Below are positions 50,677-60,060 of a stretch of DNA of 64,000 bases, piece by piece; the stretch's first letter is position 1; every line of letters starts with the position of its first letter. Position numbers and translations under genes: made by a program. The DNA comes from Planctomycetota bacterium (GTDB lineage: Bacteria > Planctomycetota > UBA1135 > JAKEFM01): NCBI GenBank assembly GCA_035695825.1, contig DASRRH010000031.1, forward strand, positions 83,648-147,647, read 5' to 3'. The notes under the pieces are model-generated. The model did not search any database. It was not told where the DNA came from and saw only the letters and a list, made by a program, of their open reading frames with translations.

Positions 50677-51476
50677 CCGGGGCGGAGGAGCGGATCCTCC
50701 TGCGCGCGCAGGGGATCGAGGTGGAGTTCGACGGCCGGCCCGTGCTCCGGGGGATCGACCTCGACGTGCGCCGGGGGGAGGTCCTCTTCCTCCTCGGGCC
50801 GAGCGGGTGCGGGAAGACGACCCTGATGAAGTGCATGAGCGGGCTCCTCCCGCCGACGCGGGGGTCCGTCCTCTTCGACGGCGTCGACCTCCACGCGGTG
50901 GCGGAGGCGCAGCGCGACCGGCTCCGCCTCCGGATGGGGATGGCCTTCCAGGGGGGCGCCCTGTTTAACTCCCTCTCCGTGATCGAGAACGTCGCCCTCC
51001 CGCTCCGGGAGCGCACGCCCCTCCCCGCCGGGGAGATCCTCGCGATCGCGCGCCTCAAGCTCGCCATGGTCGGGCTCGGGGAGGCGTCCTCCCTCCTGCC
51101 GGCCTCCCTCTCGGGGGGGATGCGCAAGCGTGCCGCGATCGCCCGCGCCCTCGCCCTCGACCCGGAGGTCCTCTTCCTCGACGAGCCGACGACGGGCCTC
51201 GACCCGATCACCGCGGCGGGGATCGACGATCTCGTCTCGAGGCTGAACCGGGCCTTCGGGGTGACCGTCGTCGCCGTCTCCCACGACATCGCGAGCGCGC
51301 GCGCGGCGGCCCACCGCGCGGCCCTGCTCGGGGAGGGGCGGATCGCCGCCCTCGCGCCGCCCGCGGAGCTCGAGGAGAGCGCCGACCCGGCGATCGCGGA
51401 GTTCGTCCATCGGAGGCTCCGCCCGCGTCCCTCCGCCGGAGGGGCGGACCTCTTCGCGCCGGAGGAGGGGGCGTGA
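50673..51476 (+). CDS. mlaF: ABC transporter ATPase MlaF
   Basis: ATG 50673 overlaps the mlaE stop (ATGA). Walker A GPSGCGKTT, signature LSGGMRKR, Walker B LFLDEPTTGLD. Confidence 0.9.
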   Translation: MTGAEERILLRAQGIEVEFDGRPVLRGIDLDVRRGEVLFLLGPSGCGKTTLMKCMSGLLPPTRGSVLFDGVDLHAVAEAQRDRLRLRMGMAFQGGALFNSLSVIENVALPLRERTPLPAGEILAIARLKLAMVGLGEASSLLPASLSGGMRKRAAIARALALDPEVLFLDEPTTGLDPITAAGIDDLVSRLNRAFGVTVVAVSHDIASARAAAHRAALLGEGRIAALAPPAELEESADPAIAEFVHRRLRPRPSAGGADLFAPEEGA

Positions 51477-52618
51477 ACGGGCGGCGCGTCGACGCGGCCA
51501 AGGTCGGGATCTTCGCCGCCGTGGCGGGCTTCGTCCTCGTCGCCTTCCTGTTCGCGGTCCTCGGGCAGCGGTGGCTCCGCCGCGAGAAGGTCTACCACGC
51601 GGTCTTCAGCGGCTCGGTCGCCGGGCTCGACGAGGGCTCCCCCGTGCGCTACCTCGGCGTGCCGGCCGGGAGGGTCGAGCGGATCGGCTTCGACGAGGAG
51701 GGCTTCCCCCGCATCCGCGTCACGATGCGGCTCCGGAGCGACATCCCGGTCCAGGAGGGGACGCGGGCGACCCTGCACTTCAACCCCCTGACCGGGCTCG
51801 GGAGCGTCGAGCTCGAAGGGGGGGAGATGCAGGGACGCGAGCTTCCCCCCGATCGGACGATCCCGGAGGGCTCGTCGCTGATCTCCCAGATCGGCAAGAG
51901 GCTCCCCGAGGTCCTCACCCGGATGCCCGACACGCTCGACGAGCTCGCGCAGGCCGCCAAGGCGGTCCGGGAGATGCTCGACGCGGCGAGCCGGGACAAG
52001 CTCCGGGGCGCCCTCGACGGGCTCGCCTCGGCCGCGGCGGAGGTCGGGCGGACGGCGGCCTCGGTGCGCGAGGACGTCCGGTACTTCCGCGAGGGGTTCC
52101 TCCCCGAGGTCCTCGAGCCGCTCCGCAGGACGGCGGGGGAAGTCGAGAGCACGGCCGCCGCTTTCCGGGAGGACGCCCGCCAGGTGAAGGAGGAGATCCG
52201 CGCCGCGCGGGAGGCGTGGACCCGGCTGTCGGAGCGGGTGGCGGCCGAGTCGGCGAGCTGGGGGGAGCCGATCCGTTCGGCCGGCGCGGACGTGTCGAAG
52301 GCCGCGCACGACGTGAGCGCGCTGGTCGCGGGGGAGGACATCTCCCGCGCGGTGGCGCGCCTGCGGGTCTTCGCCGACAACCTCGCGCGCCTCTCCGAGC
52401 AGGTCGACCGGACCCTCGGAGACTTCCGCGGCACGCTCGACGCGTTCCGCGGCACCCTCGAGGGGAGCCGCCCCCTCCTCGCGGAGGCCCTCGGGGCCGT
52501 CCGACACGCGGTGCGCAACGTGAAGGAGCTGGTCGACCGGCTGCGGGACGACCCCTCCGCCCTCCTCTTCTCCCGGCGGAGGGAGGAGCGGTCGATCCCC
52601 GACGGGCGGGGCCAGTGA
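51473..52618 (+). CDS. mlaD: MCE-domain substrate-binding protein (MlaD-like) with a long helical C-terminus
   Basis: 381 aa. GTG 51473 overlaps the mlaF stop. TM anchor IFAAVAGFVLVAFLFAVL. MCE core YHAVFSGSVAGLDEGSPVRYLGVPAGRVERIGF. Confidence 0.8.
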   Translation: MNGRRVDAAKVGIFAAVAGFVLVAFLFAVLGQRWLRREKVYHAVFSGSVAGLDEGSPVRYLGVPAGRVERIGFDEEGFPRIRVTMRLRSDIPVQEGTRATLHFNPLTGLGSVELEGGEMQGRELPPDRTIPEGSSLISQIGKRLPEVLTRMPDTLDELAQAAKAVREMLDAASRDKLRGALDGLASAAAEVGRTAASVREDVRYFREGFLPEVLEPLRRTAGEVESTAAAFREDARQVKEEIRAAREAWTRLSERVAAESASWGEPIRSAGADVSKAAHDVSALVAGEDISRAVARLRVFADNLARLSEQVDRTLGDFRGTLDAFRGTLEGSRPLLAEALGAVRHAVRNVKELVDRLRDDPSALLFSRRREERSIPDGRGQ

Positions 52619-53223
52619 GGCCCGCCCTCCTCCTCGTCGCCGCGGCCGCCGGCTCCTGCGCCTCGAGCGTGCCCCCCGATCGCCTCTACCACTTTTCGAC
52701 CATTCCCGTGCCCGCCGCGGCCGAGCGCGCTCCCCTCTCGCTCGAGGTCCGCCCCTTCGCCCTCGCTCCTCACCTGCAGGGGGACCGACTGGCGGCGCGC
52801 ATCTCGCCGGTCGAGCTCGAGTACTACGCCGGACACCGGTGGGCCGCTCCGCTCGAGGAGATCCTCGCCGAGGCCGTGCTCCAGGGGCTCCGGGAGGCGG
52901 GCCTGTTCGCCGCCGTCGTGCGGAGCGAGGATCCGGGCGCCCGGCCCGACCTCACCCTCTCGGGGTACGTGCGGACGTGCGAGGAGGAGGACCGGTTCGA
53001 CGGATGGTGGGGGGTCGCCGTCCTCGAGGTCGCCCTCCGCGACGCGGGGAGCGGGCGGGTCCTCTGGTCGGGGGAAGTGCGGGGGGAGCGCCGGGCGGGC
53101 GGGCGCCACCCTGCGCGCGTCGTCGAGGCCCTGCTGGGGGCGCTCGGGGACGCGCTCGGCTCGATCCCCTGGGGGAAGGCCGCCACCGCGCCGGCTTCCT
53201 CCCCCTCCGTTCCCGAAAGATAA
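52615..53223 (+). CDS. ABC-transport auxiliary lipoprotein (PqiC/YmbA-like)
   Basis: The tail of track ORF 51571..53223. GTG 52615 overlaps the mlaD stop. Lipobox LVAAAAGSCAS. About 200 aa, at the usual position after an MCE gene. Confidence 0.65.
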   Translation: MRPALLLVAAAAGSCASSVPPDRLYHFSTIPVPAAAERAPLSLEVRPFALAPHLQGDRLAARISPVELEYYAGHRWAAPLEEILAEAVLQGLREAGLFAAVVRSEDPGARPDLTLSGYVRTCEEEDRFDGWWGVAVLEVALRDAGSGRVLWSGEVRGERRAGGRHPARVVEALLGALGDALGSIPWGKAATAPASSPSVPER

Positions 53224-53279
53224 TCGGGAGCAATAATCCAGACCGGGCCCCGTCCAACCGGCTCGGCCCGGGCCGCGCG

Positions 53280-56129
53280 ATGCGCCCCATCCCCGCCCTC
53301 CTCCTCCCTCTCCTCGCCGCGTGCGGCGACGCGAACGTGGGCTCGGTCTTCGACCCCGGAGGGGGGGCGCCCCCGGGAGGAGGCCCGGGGGGCGGCGGGG
53401 CGAGCGCGGCGCCGGTCGAGGGGGGACTCATCGTTTCCGGGGACCCCGAGCTGGTCCTCGTCTCGCCGGACCAGGACGCGGGGGTGAGCGTCGAGACCCC
53501 GGTCGCCGCCGTCTTCTCCGAGACGATGGACGCCGCGACGATCACGCTCGCCTCCTTCCAGGTCCGGCTGCAGGGGGGGACTCCCGTTGCGGGCACCCTC
53601 CTATTCTTCGCGGCGAACCGCCTCGTCGTGTTCCTCCCGAGCGGGCCCCTCGCCCCGAACAGCTCGATCGAGGTCGTCTTCGCGACGGGGATCCGGGACC
53701 TCGAGGGGAGGAGCCTCCCCGTCCCCTCGGGGGGAGTCGTCGCCACGTTCACGACGGAGACCACGGCCTCGACGAACACGACGCCCACGGTCGTCGCCGT
53801 CTTCCCTCCCGCGGGCGCGAGCAACCTCCCGAGGGAGACGGAGATCGTCGCGGTCTTCGCGGAGCCGGTGAACACCGCCACGGTCTGGCCCCTCGGGCTC
53901 GTCCCCGCCCTCGTCGGACCGCCGGTCGTCCCCGTCGCCACCCTCCCCGACTTCCAGGGGGGGAACCGGATCGCCGTCCTGCGGCCGCTCGCCCCCCTCC
54001 CGATCGCCCCCGAGGGGGAGCTCGTCTCCCTCACCTTCGCCCCGTCGATCCAGAACGACGACTTCTCCCCGAGCGCGCTCTGCCCGGGCCCGACCCCCTG
54101 CCTCGTCACGCAGTTCCGGGTGACGACCTTCGATGCCCCTCTCGCGGTCCGCACGGCCTCGATCCCCCCCGACACGGTGAACCGGGCGAACCTGGGGGCC
54201 GTCCCGTTCGAGGTCGACGTCGGAGCGGGCTCGCTCGCGAGCGACGCGGTCCACCTCCTCGTCCACGAGGCGAGCGGGCCGGAAGGCCTCGAGTTCACGC
54301 AGGCGGCGACGGCGGCGGCGGGGACGGTGGCGATCGCCGCCGACCTGGAGGAGTCGTCGAGCCCGCTCACCCCGATCCTCGCGGACGGCGGCCTCGTCGT
54401 CGGCGCGTTCGTCCGGCGGGGGGGGGAGAACTCCGTGATCGTCCTCGGGCCGAACGGGAGACAGGACACCGTCGCGCCGGGGGTCCTCCAGTTCGGCCCG
54501 CCGAACCAGCCGAGCACCTCGACCTTCGCGACCCCTCTCCGGCGCCCGGCGATCTGCGGCACGGCGACGGAGAAGCTCGCGAGCGTGACCGTGAACGGGC
54601 CGCTCGGGGTGGTCCCCGCCTCGACGGGCGGTCCCGCCATCGCGAACGGAGCGTTCTTCCTCGCTCCCGCGATCGACCTCGACCCGATCCTCTCCGGACC
54701 GCTCCCGGCGGGGATCGACCTCCTCCCCTTCACGCTCGACGTCACCGACCTCGCGGGGAACGCGACGAGCGCGATCGGCGGGGGGATCCTCGCTCGGGGG
54801 TTCACGGGAGAGGTTCCGGCGGCCCAGCCCGCGGGGACGGTCCTCGTCGCCGTCTACGACGAGGCGACCCTCCGCGGCCTGACGAACGCCCGCGTCTTCC
54901 TCGAGCCCGGCCTCTCGCAGAACCCTCCCGTGGCGGTGGTCGAGGGGACCGTGTTCTCGTCCGGGGTCTACGGGTTCGCCGCGGTCGCGCCCGGAGCGCA
55001 CACGATCACGGCGGGGGCGCCGGGCTACGAGCTCGCGACGGTCGTCGGCACGGGCGCCACCTTCCTCTCGATCGGCCTCAAGCCGCTCGGGAGCCCGGGC
55101 GCCACGGCCACGGTCACGGGATCGATCTCGGGGGGGACGAGCGGGCTCGGGCTGCGTTTCGTCTCGAACACGCTCCCCGACCGCGCCTCGTTCGGAGTCT
55201 TCGACTTCGATCCGGTGACGCCCGGGGCGATCCCCGCGACGGCGATCCAGGCCGGACGCCTGCAGGTCCTCGCCGCCTTCTCGGCCTCCCTCCCGCCGAC
55301 GGGGACCTTCTTCAACTACACCTTCGGCCCCGCGCTCCCGGCCCCGAACCCCGGCGCCTCCTCCTTCGTCCCTCTCCTTTTCCCGACGCCCCCCTCGCTC
55401 ACCTCGGATCCCTTCGACGATCCCCTCCCCGTCAATCCGCCCCAGACGGTCGATCTGTCGGGGACGAGCGGGCTCGACCTCTCGAACCTCGTCTCGGACC
55501 CCTCCGTCCTGTTGAACGGAGAGACCCGGGGCTTCCCGGGCCTGGTGGCGGTGGGGCTCGGGTTCACGGTCTCGGCGGGGCCCTCGACCTTCACCGCCTT
55601 CGCCGACGCGTCGCCGCTCGGGGGGCTGCTCGTTCCGATCGCCGAGACCCACCTCGCCGTCCAGGCGAAGGACACGGCGGGAGCCGTCTCGGAGGCGCGC
55701 GTCCCCGTCCTCTCCCTCACGGGGACGGTCCCGCTCCCTGCGGTCCCCACGGTGACCGCCCCGTCCCCCCCGGGGACCTTCCCGCCGAGCCTCTCCTTCA
55801 CCTTCGTCGATCCCCTCCCGGGCCCGGGGATCTTCCTCGCCCAGATCGTCGACAGCGCCCCGACGGCTCGGACCTGGAGGTTCTTCGTCCCCGACGGGGG
55901 CGGGGCCGCCGTCACGGTCCAGGTGCCGGTGGTCTCCCAGTTCACGAGCCCCCCGGGAGGATTCCCCGGGCTCGCCTCCGGAGCGACTTCGAACTGGACG
56001 ATCTCCGCCGAGGCGTACGGCTTCCCCGCCTCCCCCGGGTTCGACTTAAACCATGCCTCGTTCGGCGACCTCGACGTCCGGGCCGTCTCCTTCGCGAGGT
56101 CCCCCTCGGTGACGGTCGCCGTCCAGTAG
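53280..56129 (+). CDS. Large surface lipoprotein with Ig-like (SbsA/Big_5-type) and CarboxypepD_reg-like modules
   Basis: In track ORF 52839..56129. ATG 53280 begins MRPIPALLLPLLAACGD (lipobox). Ig-like segments VSPDQDAGVSVETPVAAVFSETMDAATIT and VFPPAGASNLPRETEIVAVFAEPVNTATV. Gly/Pro/Thr-rich beta-type composition. Confidence 0.7.
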   Translation: MRPIPALLLPLLAACGDANVGSVFDPGGGAPPGGGPGGGGASAAPVEGGLIVSGDPELVLVSPDQDAGVSVETPVAAVFSETMDAATITLASFQVRLQGGTPVAGTLLFFAANRLVVFLPSGPLAPNSSIEVVFATGIRDLEGRSLPVPSGGVVATFTTETTASTNTTPTVVAVFPPAGASNLPRETEIVAVFAEPVNTATVWPLGLVPALVGPPVVPVATLPDFQGGNRIAVLRPLAPLPIAPEGELVSLTFAPSIQNDDFSPSALCPGPTPCLVTQFRVTTFDAPLAVRTASIPPDTVNRANLGAVPFEVDVGAGSLASDAVHLLVHEASGPEGLEFTQAATAAAGTVAIAADLEESSSPLTPILADGGLVVGAFVRRGGENSVIVLGPNGRQDTVAPGVLQFGPPNQPSTSTFATPLRRPAICGTATEKLASVTVNGPLGVVPASTGGPAIANGAFFLAPAIDLDPILSGPLPAGIDLLPFTLDVTDLAGNATSAIGGGILARGFTGEVPAAQPAGTVLVAVYDEATLRGLTNARVFLEPGLSQNPPVAVVEGTVFSSGVYGFAAVAPGAHTITAGAPGYELATVVGTGATFLSIGLKPLGSPGATATVTGSISGGTSGLGLRFVSNTLPDRASFGVFDFDPVTPGAIPATAIQAGRLQVLAAFSASLPPTGTFFNYTFGPALPAPNPGASSFVPLLFPTPPSLTSDPFDDPLPVNPPQTVDLSGTSGLDLSNLVSDPSVLLNGETRGFPGLVAVGLGFTVSAGPSTFTAFADASPLGGLLVPIAETHLAVQAKDTAGAVSEARVPVLSLTGTVPLPAVPTVTAPSPPGTFPPSLSFTFVDPLPGPGIFLAQIVDSAPTARTWRFFVPDGGGAAVTVQVPVVSQFTSPPGGFPGLASGATSNWTISAEAYGFPASPGFDLNHASFGDLDVRAVSFARSPSVTVAVQ

Positions 56130-56182
56130 CCGAGCGGAATCGGGCCTCCTAGAATCCGCCCCTCTTTCCGGAGGCCTTCCGA

Positions 56183-56785
56183 ATGCGCACCCCCCTGCCG
56201 CTCGCCCTCGCCGGGCCGCTCCTCCTCGCCGCCTGCGCGACGCAGGCCGAGAAGAGCGATTACTACTGGTCCTCGCCGGTGGACGCCATCCGGGCGAGCA
56301 ACCCCTCCGACATCGCGATCCTCCGCCCGATCGACGGGACGGAGGGGGCGGCGGGGCAGGCCGCGCGGACGGGGACCGTCCCGCTCGAGCGCTTCCAGCA
56401 GGTCGCGTACAAGGAGTGTCTCAAGCGCCGCTACGCCCCGCTGGCGCTCGACTTCGTCGACCGGGCCTGGCGCGCCGCGGAAGCCTCCTCGGGGGGGAAG
56501 GGGATGTGCGGGGAGGACGCCTACCTCTGGATCCGCGTCAACCGGTTCGACACATCCCGCCTGGAGCCGCAGGGGGAGGTCCGGATCGCGGCGGACTTCT
56601 TCCTGAACGACGGGAAGACCGGGACGATGCTCTGGTCAGCCAAGGCCGACCGGCGGATCGTCCTCCGCCGCGAAGCGGAGGTCCTGCGGGACGAGTCCCT
56701 CCTCCGCCGGGCGGCCGTCGAGCGGTTCGTCGAGTACGCGCTCCAGGGCCTGCCGCCGCGCGTGCCCTCCGCGGAGGAGCGGTGA
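56183..56785 (+). CDS. Lipoprotein, hypothetical
   Basis: 200 aa. [21 protein letters not shown] contains a lipobox. Confidence 0.6.
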   Translation: MRTPLPLALAGPLLLAACATQAEKSDYYWSSPVDAIRASNPSDIAILRPIDGTEGAAGQAARTGTVPLERFQQVAYKECLKRRYAPLALDFVDRAWRAAEASSGGKGMCGEDAYLWIRVNRFDTSRLEPQGEVRIAADFFLNDGKTGTMLWSAKADRRIVLRREAEVLRDESLLRRAAVERFVEYALQGLPPRVPSAEER

Positions 56786-56927
56786 GAGACGCTTTACTTC
56801 GCCGCTGCGGACGCTACCCTGTCCGCTACCTCCGACGCCCCGCGGTTTCGTTCCCGGGGCACGCGCCGCCTGGGCCCCGAACCGGGTGGCGGAAGGGGCG
56901 CGAGGGCGCCCAAACCTCGGGGAAGTC

Positions 56928-57197
56928 ATGATGGTCCAGGTCGAACGGCGGCGCAGTCTGATCGAGCAGTACCGGGCGCACGCGAGCGATACCGGGTCTC
57001 CCGAGATCCAGGTGGCCCTCCTCACGGAGCGGATCCAGAACCTGAGCGAGCACCTGAAGCTCCATCGCAAGGACTTCGGGTCGCGCCGGGGGCTCCTGAT
57101 GATGGTGGGGAAGCGCTCGAAGCTCTTGCGCTACCTGCAGGGGAAGAGCCCCGAGCGGTACGGCACCCTCGTCCAGCGGCTCGATCTCCGTCACTAG
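56928..57197 (+). CDS. rpsO: 30S ribosomal protein S15
   Basis: In track ORF 56886..57197. The 89 aa from ATG 56928 include [59 protein letters not shown]. Confidence 0.95.
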   Translation: MMVQVERRRSLIEQYRAHASDTGSPEIQVALLTERIQNLSEHLKLHRKDFGSRRGLLMMVGKRSKLLRYLQGKSPERYGTLVQRLDLRH

Positions 57198-57278
57198 AGT
57201 TGAAGCGCGTGAGTCCAGCTCCGGGTCCGATCCCGGGTGCCCACCAGGGCGGCGCTTGCGTGCGCCGACGGGCGCTGC

Positions 57279-57300
57279 GCGCCGGGGGCGTCCCCGGCGC
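57279..57300 (+). promoter_or_regulatory. Stem-loop in the rpsO-pnp leader (GCGCCGGGG-gcgt-CCCCGGCGC)
   Basis: A perfect 9-bp stem read directly, with no downstream T-tract. It sits 10 nt before the GGAG that precedes the pnp start. Confidence 0.35.
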
Positions 57301-57321
57301 CGGCCGCCGAGGAGAAGGGGT

Positions 57322-59574
57322 TTGAAGTCCTCCGGTCACGAAGTGCGGCGCACGTTCGCCGGTCGCGAGCTCGTCTTGCGCGCGGGGGCCATCGGCCGCC
57401 AGGCGGCCGGCTCCGTGGTCGTGCAGTACGGGGAGACGGTCGTGTTCGCCGCCGTCTGCCTGGACAAGGCGCGGGAGGACATCGATTTCTTCCCCCTCAC
57501 GATCGACTACCGGGAGTTCACCTCCGCGGCCGGGAAGTTCCCCGGGGGGTTCTTCAAGCGGGAGGGGCGGCCGACGACGAAGGAAATCCTGACGATGCGC
57601 CTCATCGACCGGCCCATCCGGCCGATGTTCGCCGAGGGATACCGGGCCGAGGTGCAGGTCGCGATCCAGGTCTGGGCGACCGACCAGGAGAACGACCCGG
57701 ACATCCCGGGGATGATCGCCGCGTTCGCCGCGCTGCACCTCTCGGAGGCCCCCTTCCTCGGGCCGATGGGAGCCGTGCGGGTCGGGCACGTCGGGGGAAA
57801 GCTCGTCGTCAACCCGACCTACGCGGACCTCAAGCGCCCCGACTCCCGGCTCGAGCTCGTCGTCGCGGCGACCCCCGAGGCGGTCACGATGGTCGAGGCG
57901 GGCGCCAAGGAGATCGACGAAGAGACGATGGTCGAGGCTCTCGAGCTCGGGGCCTCCGCCGCGCGCGAGGCCGCCCTCGCCTGCGACGAGCTCCGCCAGA
58001 AGGCCGGCTTCCCGAAGATCAAGGTCGTCCCCCCCGAGACGAACGCGGAGCTCGCGCGCAAGGTCGGGACGCGGTTCCGCGAGAGGCTGGCGACGGCGCT
58101 GCGGACACCGGGGAAGGGCGCTCGGAGCGCGGCGGTCAAGGCCCTCGTCGAGGAGGCGCAGGAGGCGTTCGTCCCCGCGGACGCCGAGCCCCTCGCGCGC
58201 GCGAAGCTCCTGCGGGAGCTCAAGGGCGCGATCGGGGACCTCGAGTGGGAGATCGAGCGGGAGGAGGTCCTCGCGGGGCGCCGGCTCGACGGGCGCCGCC
58301 ACGACGAGATCCGGCCGATCTCGATCGAGGTCGGCCCCCTCCCGCGCGTCCACGGCTCGGCCCTGTTCACGCGCGGGGAGACGCAGGCCCTCGTCGTGAC
58401 GACGCTCGGGACGGTCGACGACGAGCAGAGGATCGACGGGCTCACGGAGGAGTACACGAAGAAGTTCCTCCTCCACTACAACTTCCCCCCCTTCTCCGTG
58501 GGGGAGGTCCGGCCGATCCGCGGCCCCTCGCGCCGGGAGATCGGCCACGGCGTGCTCGCCGAGCGGGCGATCGAAGGGATCCTCCCCGACGCGTCGGTCT
58601 TCCCGTACACGATCCGCCTCGTCTCGAACATCCTCGAATCGAACGGCTCCTCCTCGATGGCGACCGTCTGCGGCGGCTCCCTCTCCCTGATGGACGCGGG
58701 GGTCCCGACGAAGAAGCCCGTCGCGGGGATCGCGATGGGGCTCGTCAAGGATGGGGAGCGCGTCGCGGTGCTCTCCGACATCCAGGGGAGCGAGGACCAC
58801 AACGGGGACATGGACTTCAAGGTCGCCGGCACCGCCGAGGGGATCACCTCCCTCCAGATGGACATCAAGGTGAAGGGGATCACCCGCGACCTGCTGCGGC
58901 GCGCCCTCGCGCAGGCGCAGGAGGGGAGGCTGCACGTCCTGCGGACGATGGAACGGGCGATCGCTTCCCCGCGCGCCGACATCTCCCCCTTCGCCCCGCG
59001 GATCCAGCAGATCCATATCAAGCCCGACAAGATCGGCGCGCTGATCGGCCCGGGGGGACGGACGGTGAAGGCGCTCCAGGAGGAGCTCCACTGCAAGATC
59101 GAGGTCGTCGACGACACGGGCCTCGTCCACGTCTCCGCGCAGGGTCTCGAACGACTGAAGGAGGCCGTCGCGCGGATCGAGGCGCTGACGCAGGAGGCGG
59201 AAGTCGGCCGGGTCTACACGGGGACCGTGAAGTCGGTGAAGGAGTTCGGCGCCTTCGTCGAGATCCTCCCCGGCGTCGAGGGGCTCCTCCACGTGAGCGA
59301 GCTCAGCCACGAGCGCGTCGAGCGGGTGAGCGATGTCGTCAAGCCGGGCGACCGCGTCGAGGTGAAGGTCGTCGAGGTGAACGAGGTCAACGGCAAGATC
59401 CGCCTGTCCCGGCGCGTCCTCCTCGAGCCGCCCGCCGGGGCGCCGCCGCGGGAGGAGGTCGCCGCGGGGGGCTTCCGCGAGGGGGAGAGGAGGGGCGGCT
59501 ACGGGGATCGGGACCGCGGCCGGCCCGGCGGCGGTTCGCACCACGGACGGGGCCACGGAGGGCCGCGCCGATGA
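57322..59574 (+). CDS. pnp: Polyribonucleotide nucleotidyltransferase (PNPase)
   Basis: Track ORF 57256..59574. TTG 57322 lies 7 nt after GGAG (GTG 57343 is the alternative). Two RNase PH domains ([29 protein letters not shown]; [11 protein letters not shown]; [21 protein letters not shown]), a KH domain ([15 protein letters not shown]) and an S1 domain ([30 protein letters not shown]). Confidence 0.95.
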   Translation: MKSSGHEVRRTFAGRELVLRAGAIGRQAAGSVVVQYGETVVFAAVCLDKAREDIDFFPLTIDYREFTSAAGKFPGGFFKREGRPTTKEILTMRLIDRPIRPMFAEGYRAEVQVAIQVWATDQENDPDIPGMIAAFAALHLSEAPFLGPMGAVRVGHVGGKLVVNPTYADLKRPDSRLELVVAATPEAVTMVEAGAKEIDEETMVEALELGASAAREAALACDELRQKAGFPKIKVVPPETNAELARKVGTRFRERLATALRTPGKGARSAAVKALVEEAQEAFVPADAEPLARAKLLRELKGAIGDLEWEIEREEVLAGRRLDGRRHDEIRPISIEVGPLPRVHGSALFTRGETQALVVTTLGTVDDEQRIDGLTEEYTKKFLLHYNFPPFSVGEVRPIRGPSRREIGHGVLAERAIEGILPDASVFPYTIRLVSNILESNGSSSMATVCGGSLSLMDAGVPTKKPVAGIAMGLVKDGERVAVLSDIQGSEDHNGDMDFKVAGTAEGITSLQMDIKVKGITRDLLRRALAQAQEGRLHVLRTMERAIASPRADISPFAPRIQQIHIKPDKIGALIGPGGRTVKALQEELHCKIEVVDDTGLVHVSAQGLERLKEAVARIEALTQEAEVGRVYTGTVKSVKEFGAFVEILPGVEGLLHVSELSHERVERVSDVVKPGDRVEVKVVEVNEVNGKIRLSRRVLLEPPAGAPPREEVAAGGFREGERRGGYGDRDRGRPGGGSHHGRGHGGPRR

Positions 59575-59708
59575 GTGAGCCCGGAGGCACGGAAATCGAT
59601 CGGATCGAGGGTTTCCCCGCGGATGCCGCCCCCGCGGGGATGGGCGCCCGGACGGGAGCCCAACCGGAAGGTGGGGGGCGCAAGGCCGCTGGTATGGAGC
59701 ACTCTCCC

Positions 59709-59918
59709 ATGGCCATGGGACGCGTGAAGTGGTTCGACAACCGCAAGGGCTACGGATTCATCGAGCGGGAAGGCGAAGAGGACGTCTTCGTCCACTACCG
59801 CAACATCGAGGGGGACGGGTTTAAGACCCTCTCGGACGGCGAGCTCGTCGAATTCGAGATCGCCCAGGGGGAGAAGGGGCTCTACGCCCTGAACGTCCGC
59901 AGGACGCCGAAGACCTGA
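59709..59918 (+). CDS. CspA-family cold-shock protein
   Basis: The tail of track ORF 57237..59918: [51 protein letters not shown], with RNP1 KGYGFI and RNP2 VFVHY. ATG 59709 lies 8 nt after GGAG (ATG 59715 is the alternative). Confidence 0.9.
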   Translation: MAMGRVKWFDNRKGYGFIEREGEEDVFVHYRNIEGDGFKTLSDGELVEFEIAQGEKGLYALNVRRTPKT

Positions 59919-59937
59919 GGCCTGCGGCGCGAGAGAA

Positions 59938-59972
59938 GGCCGACCTCCCCGGGGAGGTCGGCCTTTCTCGTT
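59938..59972 (+). terminator. Rho-independent terminator
   Basis: A perfect 26-nt palindrome GGCCGACCTCCCCGGGGAGGTCGGCC (59938-59963) followed by TTTCTCGTT, 20 nt after the csp stop. Confidence 0.8.
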
Positions 59973-60060
59973 CCCGGGGGCGGAGAGGAGCCGGCGACTC
60001 CCCTCTCCGCCCCCCGCGGTTTCTAATGGAGGCCTCCGGCGTCGACGCCGGTCTGGCCGC

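Noticed and set aside
57022-59556. 844-aa minus-strand ORF, and the 57237..59918 plus-frame ORF.
   Set aside because: The first is antisense to pnp and the second is out of frame with it. Only the C-terminal csp portion of 57237..59918 is real.
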